Positions 1-10,700 of a stretch of 64,000 bases of DNA are shown here, piece after piece (the stretch's first letter is position 1; the number at the start of each line of letters is the position of its first letter). Under the pieces are notes generated by a model, which ran no database searches, was not told the DNA's origin, and saw nothing but the letters and a program-made list of their open reading frames with translations. Source of the DNA: Macrostomum lignano (taxonomy: Eukaryota); contig NIVC01002470.1 in NCBI GenBank assembly GCA_002269645.1, forward strand, positions 1 to 64,000. The letters are read 5' to 3'. Made by a program: the position numbers and the translations under genes.

Positions 1-442
1 ACGGTCAACACTTTTCTGCCAGCGTGGTGACAGTCAGAAAGTCTGATCTTCTATTAAGAAAAGAAGAGAAAGCGAAATGAAAGAAAACTGAGAAGCCCAA
101 TGAGCGCCCCAAAAATCCGGCTAGAAATTTTGAGCTGAGAGACGCAGTAATGTAAGCAAATCTTGGGCAGGAAATTCTGTGCTGAACCAAGCTTTGCTTT
201 GCGGCTTTAATCCCCCCTAAGTGTTTTTATTAAGGAAAATTTCGGAGTTACCTTCGAAACACAACAACCCATAGGACATGAAATTTCGTGATTTAAAAAA
301 ATCCAAAATCGCTCAAGCACGAGGGAAAAAGTGAAAACTGTTAAAATTTGAAATTTTAGCAATGCGCAAAGTTAGCTACTTGCAGTCGCATATTTAAGCA
401 AAGTTTAACACGATTTTTTTTTTTCAACAGCTATCGAACGCG

Positions 443-1503
443 TCAAAGTCCCTTGGTGATGCTCATGGAGATGATTTTGTACACCGAGAACAGAATTCCT
501 AGCGACAGCAATGTGGGAATTATAATGGCAGCTGCCTGGCTGCTGCCGCTCAGGTAGGTGCGCAAGTTCTGCTCCATCACAGCCTGCGAGTCGGTGTGAC
601 TGCCGCCTCTGCTGTTGCTGTGGGTGCTGTAGTTTGTTGTGGTGGGTTGTGTAGTTGTTGTGGTGGGTGTTGTAGTTGTTGTTGTTGGCTTGTGTAGTTG
701 TTGTGGTGGGTTGTGTAGTTGTTGCTGTGGGTGGTGTAGTTGTTGTGGTGGTTGTCTGTAGTTGTTGTGGTGGGTTGTGTTAGTTGTTGTGGTGGGGTTG
801 TGTAGTTTTTTGTGGTGGTGTCTGTAGTTGTTGTGTGGCGGGTGGTGTAGTTGTTGCTCTGGGTGTTGTAGTTGTTGTGGTGGGTGGTGTAGTTGTTGCT
901 GTGGGTGTTGTAGTTGTTGTGGTGGGTTCTGTAGTTGTGGTGGGTTGTGTAGTTGTTGCTGTGGGTGTTGTAGTTGTTGTGGTGGGTTCTGTAGTTGTTG
1001 TGGTGGGTTGTGTAGTTGTTGCTGTGGGTGGTGTAGTTGTTGTGGTGGGTTGTGTAGTTGTTGTGGTGGGTTGTGTAGTTGTTGTGGTGGGTTGTGTAGT
1101 TGTTGTGGTGGGTTGTCTAGTTGTTGTGATGGGTGGGTAGTTGTTGCTGGTGTGTTGTAGTTGTTGTGGTGGGTTCTGTAGTTGTGATGGGTGTTGTGCC
1201 AGGTGTCGCGGGTTGGCGTGTTAGATGTTGTCATAGCAGTGTTAACCAGGGTCGTCGCTGCAGTAGGCTGTGTGGGTGTGTTCCATCAGACACAGTAGCC
1301 ATTGTGGTAGACACCGCAGACGCAGGTGGGTCGGTGCTCATCGCAGTGGTGGCAGAGTCTGTCTTCACGTTTGATTCAAAGAAGCCGAGCTGCCCGGGCC
1401 TCAGTCTGTGTCGTCTGAGCATCGATGTTGTGGAAGTCAACGACCTGACGGGCCTCTGTATAACCAGCAGCAGCAGCAGCAGTGTGCAAAGTTCACTGCT
1501 CAT
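443..1503 (-). CDS. Putative small single-pass membrane protein (signal peptide, Ser/Thr-rich ectodomain, C-terminal TM), about 146 aa, 2 exons
   Basis: Exon 1 is 1503..1247 (MSSELCTLLLLLLVIQRPVRS...QRRP; weak donor TG|GTTAAC). Exon 2 is 626..443 (acceptor ACTACAG|C; ...AAIIIPTLLSLGILFSVYKIISMSITKGL*). Phases match (2+1) and the intervening GT-rich array is removed as an intron. No family recognised. Confidence 0.4.
630..1200. repeat. GT-rich minisatellite, about 21-bp unit gttgtggtgggttgtgtagtt
   Basis: Tandem copies visible; lies in the predicted intron of the 443..1503 gene. Confidence 0.9.
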
Positions 1504-1879
1504 GTTTGAGGCCTTTGGGACTACTGAGTATGATCTGAGCAGGATGCTGGCAGAGAAGACTAACGCGTTACAAACGAGTGGGCCTAAGTGCTTATGTATG
1601 CGGAATGCAATTAACCAATTAACTGTGCATTGGTTTGCCAAATTCAATCAAATCACGGGGCTTCTATTGTCTTCAAGTCTGGAAAAAACAAAGGATCAGT
1701 GCGTGTGGATTGGATTGGTGCTCTCATCAGATTTCCCAATGACGATATATATTGACTGCATGGTTAACTGGTATTGGCGACTCCTGTGAGATCAAGAGAT
1801 CACGTGACGTCTTCTCAAAGAGCAGAAGATTTATATTTATAAATTGGCTAAAAGAACCGACAGAAGAGTTCAAGAAACA

Positions 1880-2810
1880 GAGGGTGGGTGGTGTGTATTT
1901 GTGGTGGTGGGTGGTGTATTTGTGGTGGTGGGTGGTGTATTTGTGGTGGTGGGTTGGTGTATTTGTGGTGGTGGGTGGTGTATTGTGGTGGTGGGTGGTG
2001 TATTTGTGGTGGTGGTGGTGTATTTGTGGTGGTGGGTGGTGTATTTGTGGTGGTGGGTGGTGTATTTGTGGTGGTGGGTGTGTATTTGTGTGGTGGGCGG
2101 TGTTGTATTTGTGGTGGTGGGTGGTGTAGTTGTGGTGGTGGGTGTGTATTTGTGGTGGTGGGTGTGTATTTGTGGTGGTGGTGGTGTATTTGTGGTGGTG
2201 GGTGGGTGTAGTTGTGGTGGTGGGTGGTGTAGTTGTGGTGGTGGGTGGTGTATTTGTGGTGTGTGGGTGGTGTATTTGTGGTGGTGGGTGGTGTATTTGT
2301 GGTGGTGGGTGGTGTATTTGTGGTGGTGGGTGGTGTATTTGTGGTGGTGGGTGGTGTATTTGTGGTGGTGGGTGGTGTATTTGTGGTGGTGGGTGGTGTA
2401 TTTGTGGTGGTGGGTGGTGTATTTGTGGTGGTGGTGGTGTATTGTGTGTGTGGGTGGTGTATTTGTGGTGGTGGGTGGTGTATTTGTGGTGGTGGGTGGT
2501 GTATTTGTGGTGGTGGGTGGTGTATTGTGGTGGTGGTGGTGTGGTGGTGGTGGGTGTGTTGTGGTGGGGTGGTGTATTTGTGGTGGTGGGTGGTGTATTT
2601 GTGGTGGTGGTGGTGTATTTGTGGTGGTGGGTGGTGTATTTGTGGTGGTGGGTGGTGTATTTTGGTGGTGGTGGTGTGGTGTATTTGTGGTGGTGGGTGG
2701 TGTATTTGTGGTGGTGGGTGGTGTATTTGTGGTGGGTGGGTGTGTATTTGTGGTGGTGGGTGGTGTATTTGTGGTGGTGGGTGGTGTATTTATGGTGGTG
2801 GGTGTTGTTA
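1880..2810. repeat. GT-rich minisatellite, about 21-bp unit gtggtggtgggtggtgtattt
   Basis: Tandem copies visible; source of the poly-V/W/T/H ORFs in the track. Confidence 0.9.
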
Positions 2811-3144
2811 TGATTTTGGATGTTGTAACCAACAAAATCGTTCAACAAACAATTTTTTGTCTCATTCTTTCATCTCTGAACAACTTTTTTAAAAGAAACT
2901 GGTGAAATCCAGGTTAAAAACTTAATTAGAGATCCTACAAAGGCATCAAAACTTTCATTTTCACACTTCTATAAAGACGGCACGCACTTCCTCAAACCGA
3001 TGTGGCGGTGACTCAACGAACTTCCTGCCATAGACAAAACAATTGTTGCAATTCCAGGCGTCCCTGCAGCGGCACCAGCTTCATCAAATTTTAGCCAAGT
3101 TTTCTGTTTCACTCAATCAGTGCAAGCCTCGGGAGGCGCCATAA

Positions 3145-3662
3145 TTGGACATCCGCCACTCTCTATTCAGCATGAGGCAAGGCACCGCCCTGCAGCCGCT
3201 GCCAACACACCGGGCCCGCCAACGCCGCTGCCTGAGCCACCTCGAGTCCCGCCTGCTGCCCCCCGCCGACGGGGCCAGTCGGGGCCTGGAGATCCGCGTG
3301 GAGTTCCTGGTGGCCAGGCCGAGGCGCTGGCGCCGGCCCAGAAGCAGCCAGATTCAGCGCCGGCAACTCATCGTGCACTCGCAGTTCCCGCTGCCGCAGG
3401 CGGACAAGCAGCCGGGGCGCAGCGAGGGCGGCAGTCTGGTGCGCCAGTTCCTGGAGGCAACCCTCGTACAGGTGAAGACCGGCTGTCGCACCCGCAGGCG
3501 CAGCCAAGTGCCCACCAGCGGCACGGAAAATCCGTGCAAGTCGCCAGCGTCCAAGGAGACGCAAAGAAAGATAGCAACGGCGGTTTACCCTGCGATAGCA
3601 ACGCAGGCTGGCTGGCCCCGTTTTGCTGCTGAAGATGCCCAGCCGCCGGATCTTGACCAGGC
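3145..3662 (+). CDS. Possible upstream coding segment of the GPCPD1-like gene (different frame from 3663..6365), or a separate small ORF
   Basis: Coding-like GC-rich ORF (MDIRHSLFS...GLEIRVEFLVARP...RQLIVHSQFPLP) after an acceptor-like ttttctgtttcactcaatcag ending at 3120. It is not in frame with the 900-aa ORF, and I found no splice junction that reconciles them. Confidence 0.25.
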
Positions 3663-6365
3663 GTGCTGCCACCTGGCCAGCGTCCCGTCATCTCCCGCTC
3701 CATCCTGGGCTCGGACCTGGCCGGTCGGTTTGCCACGCAGCACCGGCTTGTGGTGCCCGGCGCCGTCTGTGGCGAGCGCCCGCCGCAGCTGTCGCAGCAG
3801 TTCTGCCAGGCGCTGCAGCTGTCCGCTCCCCGACTGCCATCAGTCGATGAAGCCGCCGCGGTGCGACTGCCTGGCGAAGTCGTGGAGCTCAACAGCTGCG
3901 GCCTCCGCCAGATTGCCGGCCTGCCGGGGTCGACGGCAAAGCGCTGGGCCTCCCACCGGCTGCTACCCGGCCGGCCCGGATCCGCGCGCATCGCTGCAAC
4001 CTGCCGATTTGGCACCCAAACTGTCGCCGTCGCCATCAGGTTCGGGCCGATGACGCCGGCCTTCGCCGAGATCAAGAAACCGCAGGTCAGCAAAGCCGCC
4101 GCCGCCGGCAGGCGGTTCTGCTACGCCGCCAGCCACTGCCTGCGTCTGTCGGTGCGACCGGTAGCCGATCTCGGCATCCGACGCCTCCACCCGCTTCGTC
4201 CGGATGGCCGGCACCGCGGCGAGCTGGCGATGGCGTCCGCATCGGCCGCCACAATTCACTTCGGCAGAATCTTCACCGCCAACCCGAGCTGGCAGTTGGA
4301 GGCGCAGAAGCGGCCAGGCGGCCAAGCGGCAGTGCTTTTCTCCGGCGATGTCGGCGGAGATGCCAGCGGCTTCGATGACTCAAAGAAGGCGCCGAGCGAC
4401 GCCAGCGGAGACCGGCGACTGTCCGCCGGCTCTGCCGGGCCGCGGTGGCAGGGGAACAACAGCAACACGAATGACTCGGAATCGCACGGAAGCTCGCGCA
4501 ACTCCGGCTGCTGGGACTATGTGTACCTGAAGTCTGAGAAGGAGGAGATGAGACTGGTTGAGCTGCACGACACGCAGGAGCGCTGCAGCACCGTCAGCAC
4601 CGTCATGGGCGTCGTCGGCTTCAAAGCTCCAATCTTCCTGGCCGTGCCGAACCACCTACTGCCCGCCCGCGCCATCCCCGTCATCTGCGGCAACGTCATC
4701 GAGCTGGGAGACTGGGACGTGAACTGCTCGGAGCCGATGGCGCACACGGCCCAGCTCATGGCGCCTGGCTACGCCTTCTTCGAGGCCAGCGTCTGCTCCA
4801 ACTACAGCGACGAGGAGGAAGTCGAGTTCCGCTTCGCCATCGTGGTGCCCGCGCCCGGCTCTGACTGCCCGGCCAAGTCGGAGCTGTTCGCCTGGGAGGG
4901 CGGCTTCGTCCGCCGGATGTCCGACTACAACAGGCATCCGGACGGCTTCCTGCTGTTCGGCCGGCCCGATCAGCTGCTCGATCCGCGCGACCTGCTGGAG
5001 CTGCCGGCCGGCCCGCCGGCGCGGTCGAAGTCCGTCTGGCCCGGCTGGCTCACCGACGTCGGCCAGGCAATGCTACTATTGCGCCTGCGGCCGCCGCTGC
5101 TGCAGCCCGACCGGACGAGCCTGCTTCACCGGCCACTCGGCGTGGAGCTCTCGGCCAAAGACGCCTCCGGGGCGACGCTGACGCCCAACCTGCGAGGACC
5201 TCTCCTGCTGGAGGGCGCCGAGCTGTACTCGCCGCTGCCTCCGCCTCCGCCTCCGCCTCCGCCTTCAACGGTGAAATCGTCGCCGCTTTCATCGCTGGAC
5301 GGCGTCGAATGCTCATGTAGCTCGGACGACATGGACGACGATGGCAGCGGCATCAACTGGGTCCGGTTGGCCTCGGCCGCCAGTGCCCGGGTGGAATTCG
5401 CCCAGCAGGTGCCGCTAGGAGGCCCCGTGACCTGCCGCTTCCTGCTGCGCTTCCACGACACCGGCACAAACAGCTGCGACCGCGGCACCTGCGTGGAGGC
5501 CGTCGCCCTGCTGCCCCTGACCGTCGACCTGGCCACTCCTGAGAAGCAAACTGTGACCTGCGACCTGCTGCTGACCGCCTCATCGCAGCAGCACATCGGC
5601 CAGCTGACTGTGGACATTGGAGTGGCCCACTGCTTCCAGCACAGTCCCCTGGACCTTGCTCGCTTTGTAGATCGGTGCGGCGCGACCGCGCCACTCCAGG
5701 ACCCGGCGCCGATTCTTGTCCTGCCAATGCCAGCCACTTGGCTCCTGCCGATGGGCCCCGACACCTGGTCAGCGGCGACTGCGGCGTTTGCGGCAGTGAC
5801 GCCGACCTCCAGGTACTTCGAGCTGCCTGTCGGGGTCTCACAGTCCGGAGTCCTGCGGCTTCTGCGGGCCGACGGCGCCAAGAGCAGCGGGCAGGCGCAG
5901 GACGGCGACCTCTGCCTCGCCTTCCCTCCGGACGCTCGGCTTGTGGTGCGCGTCGTCCTTGACGACTCCGCGCAGGTGAACCGGGGCGCCGACGCCCTGC
6001 TGGCCTCTCTTTTGCCAGCCTCGGAGCGCTGCGTCCTCGTGGCCGCCCACGACCTGCAGCTGTGCCTGGCGCTTAGCCTCAAGCAGTCGCGGCTATCGTT
6101 GGCCTTCTTTGCCGCCAGCGTCTCCGAGGCTGCCGCGGCTCTTGACATCTGCCGGCACTTCGGCCTGCGCGCCGTGGCAGTCCCGGCCGAGCAGCTCTTT
6201 GACGATCGGCCAGATGGGCGGGCGCTGGCGGATGCGGCGAGAGTCTGTGGAGTTGCCCTGTACGCCTACGGCGGCTGCGGGGGTGCTTACGACGCCGGCC
6301 AAGCGGCGACCTTCCATCTGGAGGGAGTCTTCGGCAGCGGCACCGTGGTGGGCACCGCGCATTGA
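3663..6365 (+). CDS. GPCPD1/GDE5-like protein: CBM20 + C2-like + degenerate glycerophosphodiester phosphodiesterase domain (probable pseudoenzyme); start uncertain (in-frame ATGs at 4050, 4230, 4548)
   Basis: CBM20-like VICGNVIELGDWD...EVEFRFAIV...WEGGFVR. GWLTDVGQAMLLLRL resembles GDE5 GWLTCQTEIRLRL. IGQLTVDIGVAH resembles IGKVRVDYIIIK. The C-terminus DLQLCLALSLKQ...GLRAVAVPAEQL...GVALYAYG follows the GDPD barrel pattern (DICTMVRQKQ...LVIFCWG). Comparisons are from memory. Confidence 0.65.
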   Translation: MLPPGQRPVISRSILGSDLAGRFATQHRLVVPGAVCGERPPQLSQQFCQALQLSAPRLPSVDEAAAVRLPGEVVELNSCGLRQIAGLPGSTAKRWASHRLLPGRPGSARIAATCRFGTQTVAVAIRFGPMTPAFAEIKKPQVSKAAAAGRRFCYAASHCLRLSVRPVADLGIRRLHPLRPDGRHRGELAMASASAATIHFGRIFTANPSWQLEAQKRPGGQAAVLFSGDVGGDASGFDDSKKAPSDASGDRRLSAGSAGPRWQGNNSNTNDSESHGSSRNSGCWDYVYLKSEKEEMRLVELHDTQERCSTVSTVMGVVGFKAPIFLAVPNHLLPARAIPVICGNVIELGDWDVNCSEPMAHTAQLMAPGYAFFEASVCSNYSDEEEVEFRFAIVVPAPGSDCPAKSELFAWEGGFVRRMSDYNRHPDGFLLFGRPDQLLDPRDLLELPAGPPARSKSVWPGWLTDVGQAMLLLRLRPPLLQPDRTSLLHRPLGVELSAKDASGATLTPNLRGPLLLEGAELYSPLPPPPPPPPPSTVKSSPLSSLDGVECSCSSDDMDDDGSGINWVRLASAASARVEFAQQVPLGGPVTCRFLLRFHDTGTNSCDRGTCVEAVALLPLTVDLATPEKQTVTCDLLLTASSQQHIGQLTVDIGVAHCFQHSPLDLARFVDRCGATAPLQDPAPILVLPMPATWLLPMGPDTWSAATAAFAAVTPTSRYFELPVGVSQSGVLRLLRADGAKSSGQAQDGDLCLAFPPDARLVVRVVLDDSAQVNRGADALLASLLPASERCVLVAAHDLQLCLALSLKQSRLSLAFFAASVSEAAAALDICRHFGLRAVAVPAEQLFDDRPDGRALADAARVCGVALYAYGGCGGAYDAGQAATFHLEGVFGSGTVVGTAH

Positions 6366-6564
6366 GCTCTCGAGAAACTGTTGACTTTGATTTTGTAGGC
6401 CATTGAATGTCCCTTCGCGGTTGCCGTAGAAACGCCACCGCCTGGAAAGCTTTAGGCGAACTTATTCAAATATAATTTTCCATCGAGGCGCACTAGCTGA
6501 AGGCAAAACTTTTCTGTTTGAAATCGGCTGCGGCATTTTCGAGTGCTTTCGTATCAGGTAACAC

Positions 6565-6912
6565 TGCTGTGCCTGTCACCTGTCACTGGTGTACCTGTCA
6601 CCTGTCACTGGTGTACGTGTCACCTGTCACTGGTGTACCTGTCACCTGTCACTGCTGTACCTGTCACCTGTCACTGATATACCTGTCACCTGTCACTGGT
6701 GTACCTGTCACTGCTGTACCTGTCACCTGTCACTGGTGTACCTGTCACCTGTCACTGCTTTACCTGTCACCTGTCACTGGTGTACCTGTCACCTGTCACT
6801 GGTGTACCTGTCACCTGTCACTGGTGTACCTGTCACCTGTCACTGGTGTACCTGTCACCTGTCACTGCTGTACCTGTCACCTGTCACTGCTGTACCTGTC
6901 ACCTGTCACTGC
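6565..6912. repeat. 22-bp minisatellite ctgtcacctgtcactggtgtac
   Basis: Tandem copies visible downstream of the GPCPD1-like stop. Confidence 0.9.
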
Positions 6913-7349
6913 TATCTCAGTCCCCTGTCATCTCACTCAGCCCTATCCCTCAGCCCTCCAAAACTCACAAACTCTCCATCTCATCTCTCCAGACAAATTC
7001 ATAAATCAATAGAAAGATATAAAACTGCTACATCAATAGGCTTTCAAATGCGGGCTTCCAGAAACTTGCTACCGCTGCGGCTGATTCGCAGGTGCTGCGC
7101 CATGGCTTAGTCAGGTTTATTTTTAGGTTTCACACAGTCGGAGTGTCTACTATCAGTAATATTTACAGTTGCTCAAAGTTACAATACAGTACAGTTTTTT
7201 TTCAAACCAGGTAGTGTATAACGCTATTGAACTACGAGCTATGCGCTGTGGCGGCATAAGGCCAAAATTTAAGCAGAACAAACACCTATTTATTTTCTTC
7301 TTTTGCATTTGGAGTAAGCATTTAGCTGGCTACGGGAAATGGGTGGGGA

Positions 7350-7628
7350 TCTAAAGGCTGAGAATAGATTTGGATTGGGATCTATAGGCTGAGGATAGAT
7401 TGGGATCTATAGGCTGGTAATAGATTGGGAGCTATAGGCTGGGAATAGATTGGGATCTATAGGCTGGGAATAGATTGGGATCTATAGGCTGAGAATAGAT
7501 TGGGAGCTATAGGCTGAGAATAGATTGGGATCTATAGGCTGGGGATAGATTGGGATCTATAGGCTGGGAATAGATTGGGATCTATAGGCTGGGAATAGAT
7601 TGGGATTCGGATCTATAGGCTGAGAATA
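7350..7628. repeat. 25-bp minisatellite gatctataggctgggaatagattgg
   Basis: Tandem copies visible 3' of the Hox stop. Confidence 0.9.
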
Positions 7629-7764
7629 GAAGGCGAATGAAAATAACTAGAATTCTAAAAGCACAAGAAAGGATCAGGTACAGTGGCAGATAAGTTTGTA
7701 GAGAGCAAGTGACAGTGGAGGTCAAACAGAAGCGGTCCAAGCGATATTCTGGCCATTTCGATCA

Positions 7765-10700
7765 TCAGCTGTTCCTGTTCTGCCGGCCGCCTCGCCTGCG
7801 GCGCTCCACGTAATTTACCACCGCGGCAAGCTGTCCAGCATCCTCTTCATCTTCATCATCCTCTTCTTCGGCCTCATCTTTCGGTTTGACGCCCGGCCCG
7901 CAGGTGGTGGACAGGTTGATGAAGCGGATCTGCTGCTTCTCCTTTTTCAGCTTCATCCGGCGATTTTGGAACCAGATTTTCACCTGCCGCTCGGACAGGT
8001 CGAGCTGGTTCGAGATCTCGATGCGCCGCCGCCTGTTCAGGTAGTTGCTGAATTTGAACTCCTTCTCCAGCTCCAGCGTCTGCTGCCGGGTGTACGTCTG
8101 CCTGCCGCGCCTGCGGTGCACCGAGTTCGGCCCTGGACGGGGCGGCAAGGGCTGCGAGCTGTCACACGCTTGAGTAGGCCGCCCCCCTAATCCTTCAGTA
8201 GGCCGCCCCCCTAATCCTTCAGTAGGCCGCCCACCTAATCCTTCAGTAGGCCGCCCACCTAATCCTTCAGTAGGCCGCCCCCCAAATCCTTCAGTAGGCC
8301 GCCCACCTAATCCTTCAGTAGGTCGCCCACCTAATCCTTCAGTAGGCCGCCCACCTAATCCTTCAGTAGGCCGCCCACCTAATCCTTCAGTAGGCTGCCC
8401 CCTAATCCTTCAGTAGGCTGCCCCCTAATCCTTCAGTAGGCCGCCCACCTAATCCTTCAGTAGGCCGCCCACCTAATCCTTCAGTAGGCCGCCCACCTAA
8501 TCCTTCAGTAGGCTGCCCCCTAATCCTTCAGTAGGCCGCCCACCTAATCCTTCAGTAGGCCGCCCACCTAATCCTTCAGTAGGCCGCCCACCTAATCCTT
8601 CAGTAGGCCGCCCACCTAATCCTTCAGTAGGCCGCCCACCTAATCCTTCAGTAGGCCGCCCACCTAATCCTTCAGTAGGCCGCCCACCTAATCCTTCAGT
8701 AGGCTGCCCCCTAATCCTTCAGTAGGCTGCCCCCTAATCCTTCAGTAGGCTGCCCCTCTAATCCTTTAGTAGCCCCCCCATCCTTCAGTAGGCTGCCCCC
8801 CCAATCCTTCAGTAGGCTGCCCCCCCCCAATCCTTCAGTAGGCTGCCCCCTAATCCTTCAGTAGGCCGCCCCCTAATCCTTCAGTAGGCCGCCCACCTAA
8901 TCCTTCAGTAGGCCGCCCACCTAATCCTTCAGTAGGCCGCCCACCTAATCCTTCAGTAGGCCGCCCACCTAATCCTTCAGTAGGCTGCCCCCTAATCCTT
9001 CAGTAGGCCGCCCACCTAATCCTTCAGTAGGCCGCCCACCTAATCCTTCAGTAGGCCGCCCACCTAATCCTTCAGTAGGCCGCCCACCTAATCCTTCAGT
9101 AGGCCGCCCACCTAATCCTTCAGTAGGCCGCCCACCTAATCCTTCAGTAGGCCGCCCACCTAATCCTTCAGTAGGCCGCCCACCTAATCCTTCAGTAGGC
9201 CGCCCACCTAATCCTTCAGTAGGCCGCCCACCTAATCCTTCAGTAGGCCGCCCACCTAATCCTTCAGTAGGCCGCCCACCTAATCCTTCAGTAGGCCGCC
9301 CACCTAATCCTTCAGTAGGCCGCCCACCTAATCCTTCAGTAGGCCGCCCACCTAATCCTTCAGTAGGCCGCCCACCTAATCCTTCAGTAGGCCGCCCACC
9401 TAATCCTTCAGTAGGCCGCCCACCTAATCCTTCAGTAGGCCGCCCACCTAATCCTTCAGTAGGCCGCCCACCTAATCCTTCAGTAGGCCGCCCACCTAAT
9501 CCTTCAGTAGGCCGCCCACCTAATCCTTCAGTAGGCCGCCCACCTAATCCTTCAGTAGGCCGCCCACCTAATCCTTCAGTAGGCTGCCCCCTAATCCTTC
9601 AGTAGGCCGCCCACCTAATCCTTCAGTAGGCTGCCCCCTAATCCTTCAGTAGGCTGCCCCCTAATCCTTCAGTAGGCTGCCCCTCTAATCCTTTAGTAGC
9701 CCCCCCATCCTTCAGTAGGCTGCCCCCCCCAATCCTTCAGTAGGCTGCCCCCCCCCCCAATCCTTCAGTAGGCTGCCCCCTAATCCTTCAGTAGGCCGCC
9801 CACCTAATCCTTCAGTAGGCTGCCCCCCCCAATCCTTCAGTAGGCTGTGTCCTAATCCTTCAGTAGGCTGCCCCTCTAATTCTTTAGTAGCCCCCTCCCC
9901 AATCCTTCCGTAGGCCGCCCCCCTAATCCTTCAGTAGGCTGCCCCCACATCCAACTCAGTAGGCTGCCCCCATCCTTCAGTAGGCTGCCCCCACATCCAA
10001 CTCAGTAGGCTGCCCCCATCCTTCAGTAGGCTGCCCCCATCCTTCAGTAGGCTGCCCCCCATCCTTCAGTAGGCTGCCCCCACATCCAACTCAGTAGGCT
10101 GCCCCCATCCTTCAGTAGGCTGCCCCCCATCCTTCAGTGGGCTGCCCCCATCCTTCAGTAGGCTGCCCCCATCCTTCAGTAGGCTGCCCCCCCTCCCTAA
10201 TCCTTTATTGGGCCGCATCAAATCACACCCCAAATGCCTGATACGTTTATAAACAAGCTAGAAGCACTCTTATGCTGCTAATATTTAGTAGTCTGTTAGG
10301 TTAGTGTTTGTAAATGATAAAAGACTCAAATTAAAAGTATTAATAGAACCATGGCATAATCTGCTATACATTTCTCGCTGCAAGATCACTCTGTTTTGCA
10401 CTAAAAACTTTTCACTTAAATTTTTCTCAGCGCGCCCCAGACGGGGAGTAAGGGCTCAGCGAATGCTAATGCGATCCAGCGGGGGTTAACTGCATGGCTC
10501 TCATTGCTGGCTTGCCTGGCACAGTTTGCTGACACTTTCGGTGCCGGGCAAAAGCAGAGGGTGGAATTGAGACCGGCTTAACATCTGGCTGTCTCTGTTC
10601 TGTCTCCTCACTGTGCTCCGGCTTGACTGCAGGTCTAGAAGGGGGCTCTACATAGTGTGGGTTGAATTAATTAGCAAATTATGTGGAAAACCTTGACAAA

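Noticed and set aside
3163-6438. Minus-strand ORFs overlapping the GPCPD1-like gene, and similar antisense ORFs over NALCN, FAN1, pol and the 57696 ORF
   Set aside because: These are shadows of GC-rich coding sequence with no recognisable motifs; the opposite strand carries the homology
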